A stretch of DNA of 63,995 bases, counting the filler, from Octopus bimaculoides (taxonomy: Eukaryota): NCBI RefSeq assembly GCF_001194135.2. It is 4 parts of 4 records of this genome, joined end to end, with 100 filler letters (N's around TTAATTAATTAA, not from the genome) between each part and the next. Parts side by side here need not be neighbours in the genome. Positions count along the whole stretch, not along the records: positions 62,770 to 63,995 come from NW_026337491.1; 3 more parts are not named here. The stretch is one strand, 5' to 3'. The position numbers and the translations under genes are program-made. Positions 63,540 to 63,995 of the stretch are shown here, one piece after another. Under the pieces are notes generated by a model. It searched no databases. It was not told the DNA's origin and saw only the letters and a program-made list of their open reading frames with translations. The first letter of the stretch is position 1. The number at the start of each line of letters is the position of its first letter.

Positions 63540-63874
63540 NNNNNNNNNNTACACCTTATATATATATGTATATATATATATACATATGTATGTATATATA
63601 AGTATATATAAATATATATACACTCACACACACATACACACATATACACCACACACACATGCATGCATATATATATTTACGTATATTTGTATGTATGAGT
63701 ATGTGTATGTATGTATGTATGTATGTATGCAGATATACAGGAATACAACACTTTATAAAGGAATTGCATCTTTTAGAAACCAGACATAATTCGAAAGAGT
63801 TGTAGTGTTGAACTATTTCTGGATTTCAACGAAAGCACATCCCTCCGTTGGGGCTTGATGATAAAACATATAAT

Positions 63875-63970
63875 CACCGCAGTCGGTTTTTATCGTTTAT
63901 CGATTATCGATTTGTTGACTTCCGCATTTTTCTTGTTTAAAGGATGCTCCATTGCAGACTTCCGGTTTTC
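63875..63970. promoter_or_regulatory. Housekeeping-promoter-like motif cluster (two DRE-like TATCGAT, two ETS-like ACTTCCG)
   Basis: TATCGAT at 63898 and 63905; ACTTCCGC at 63918 and ACTTCCGG at 63958; CpG-rich patch. Confidence 0.3.
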
Positions 63971-63995
63971 AAGTGTTTACACACACTCACACACA

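Overview
AT-rich, very repeat-dense animal genomic DNA. The tRNA-headed SINE families and the compound (AAT/AAC/AGT/ATC/CA/TA)n microsatellites suggest an octopus or other coleoid cephalopod; this is inference, not a database hit. The window is not one contig. Three identical 100-bp linkers (N44-TTAATTAATTAA-N44) join four pieces: 1-24629, 24730-50191, 50292-62669 and 62770-63995. Piece 1 is mostly nested, decayed transposons: R4/Dong-type RLE LINE fragments in (AAT)n tracts, a Ty3/Gypsy element lacking RT/RNase H and interrupted by a mariner, a Tx1/L1-type LINE with an internal inversion, Penelope-like relics and an m44-like transposase relic. It also has a CpG-rich promoter-like island near 7 kb. 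Pieces 2-4 hold many SINE copies, a second mariner, microsatellites, unidentifiable candidate exons, a 7TM-like interrupted frame and hammerhead-like motifs. I can identify no intact protein-coding gene, rRNA, tRNA gene or CRISPR array. The most interesting lead is a SINE subfamily whose 3' tail matches the 3' end of the Tx1/L1 LINE in this window; one copy has a 13-bp TSD, and others form a head-to-tail array joined at the SINE's own 5' AGAAA site.
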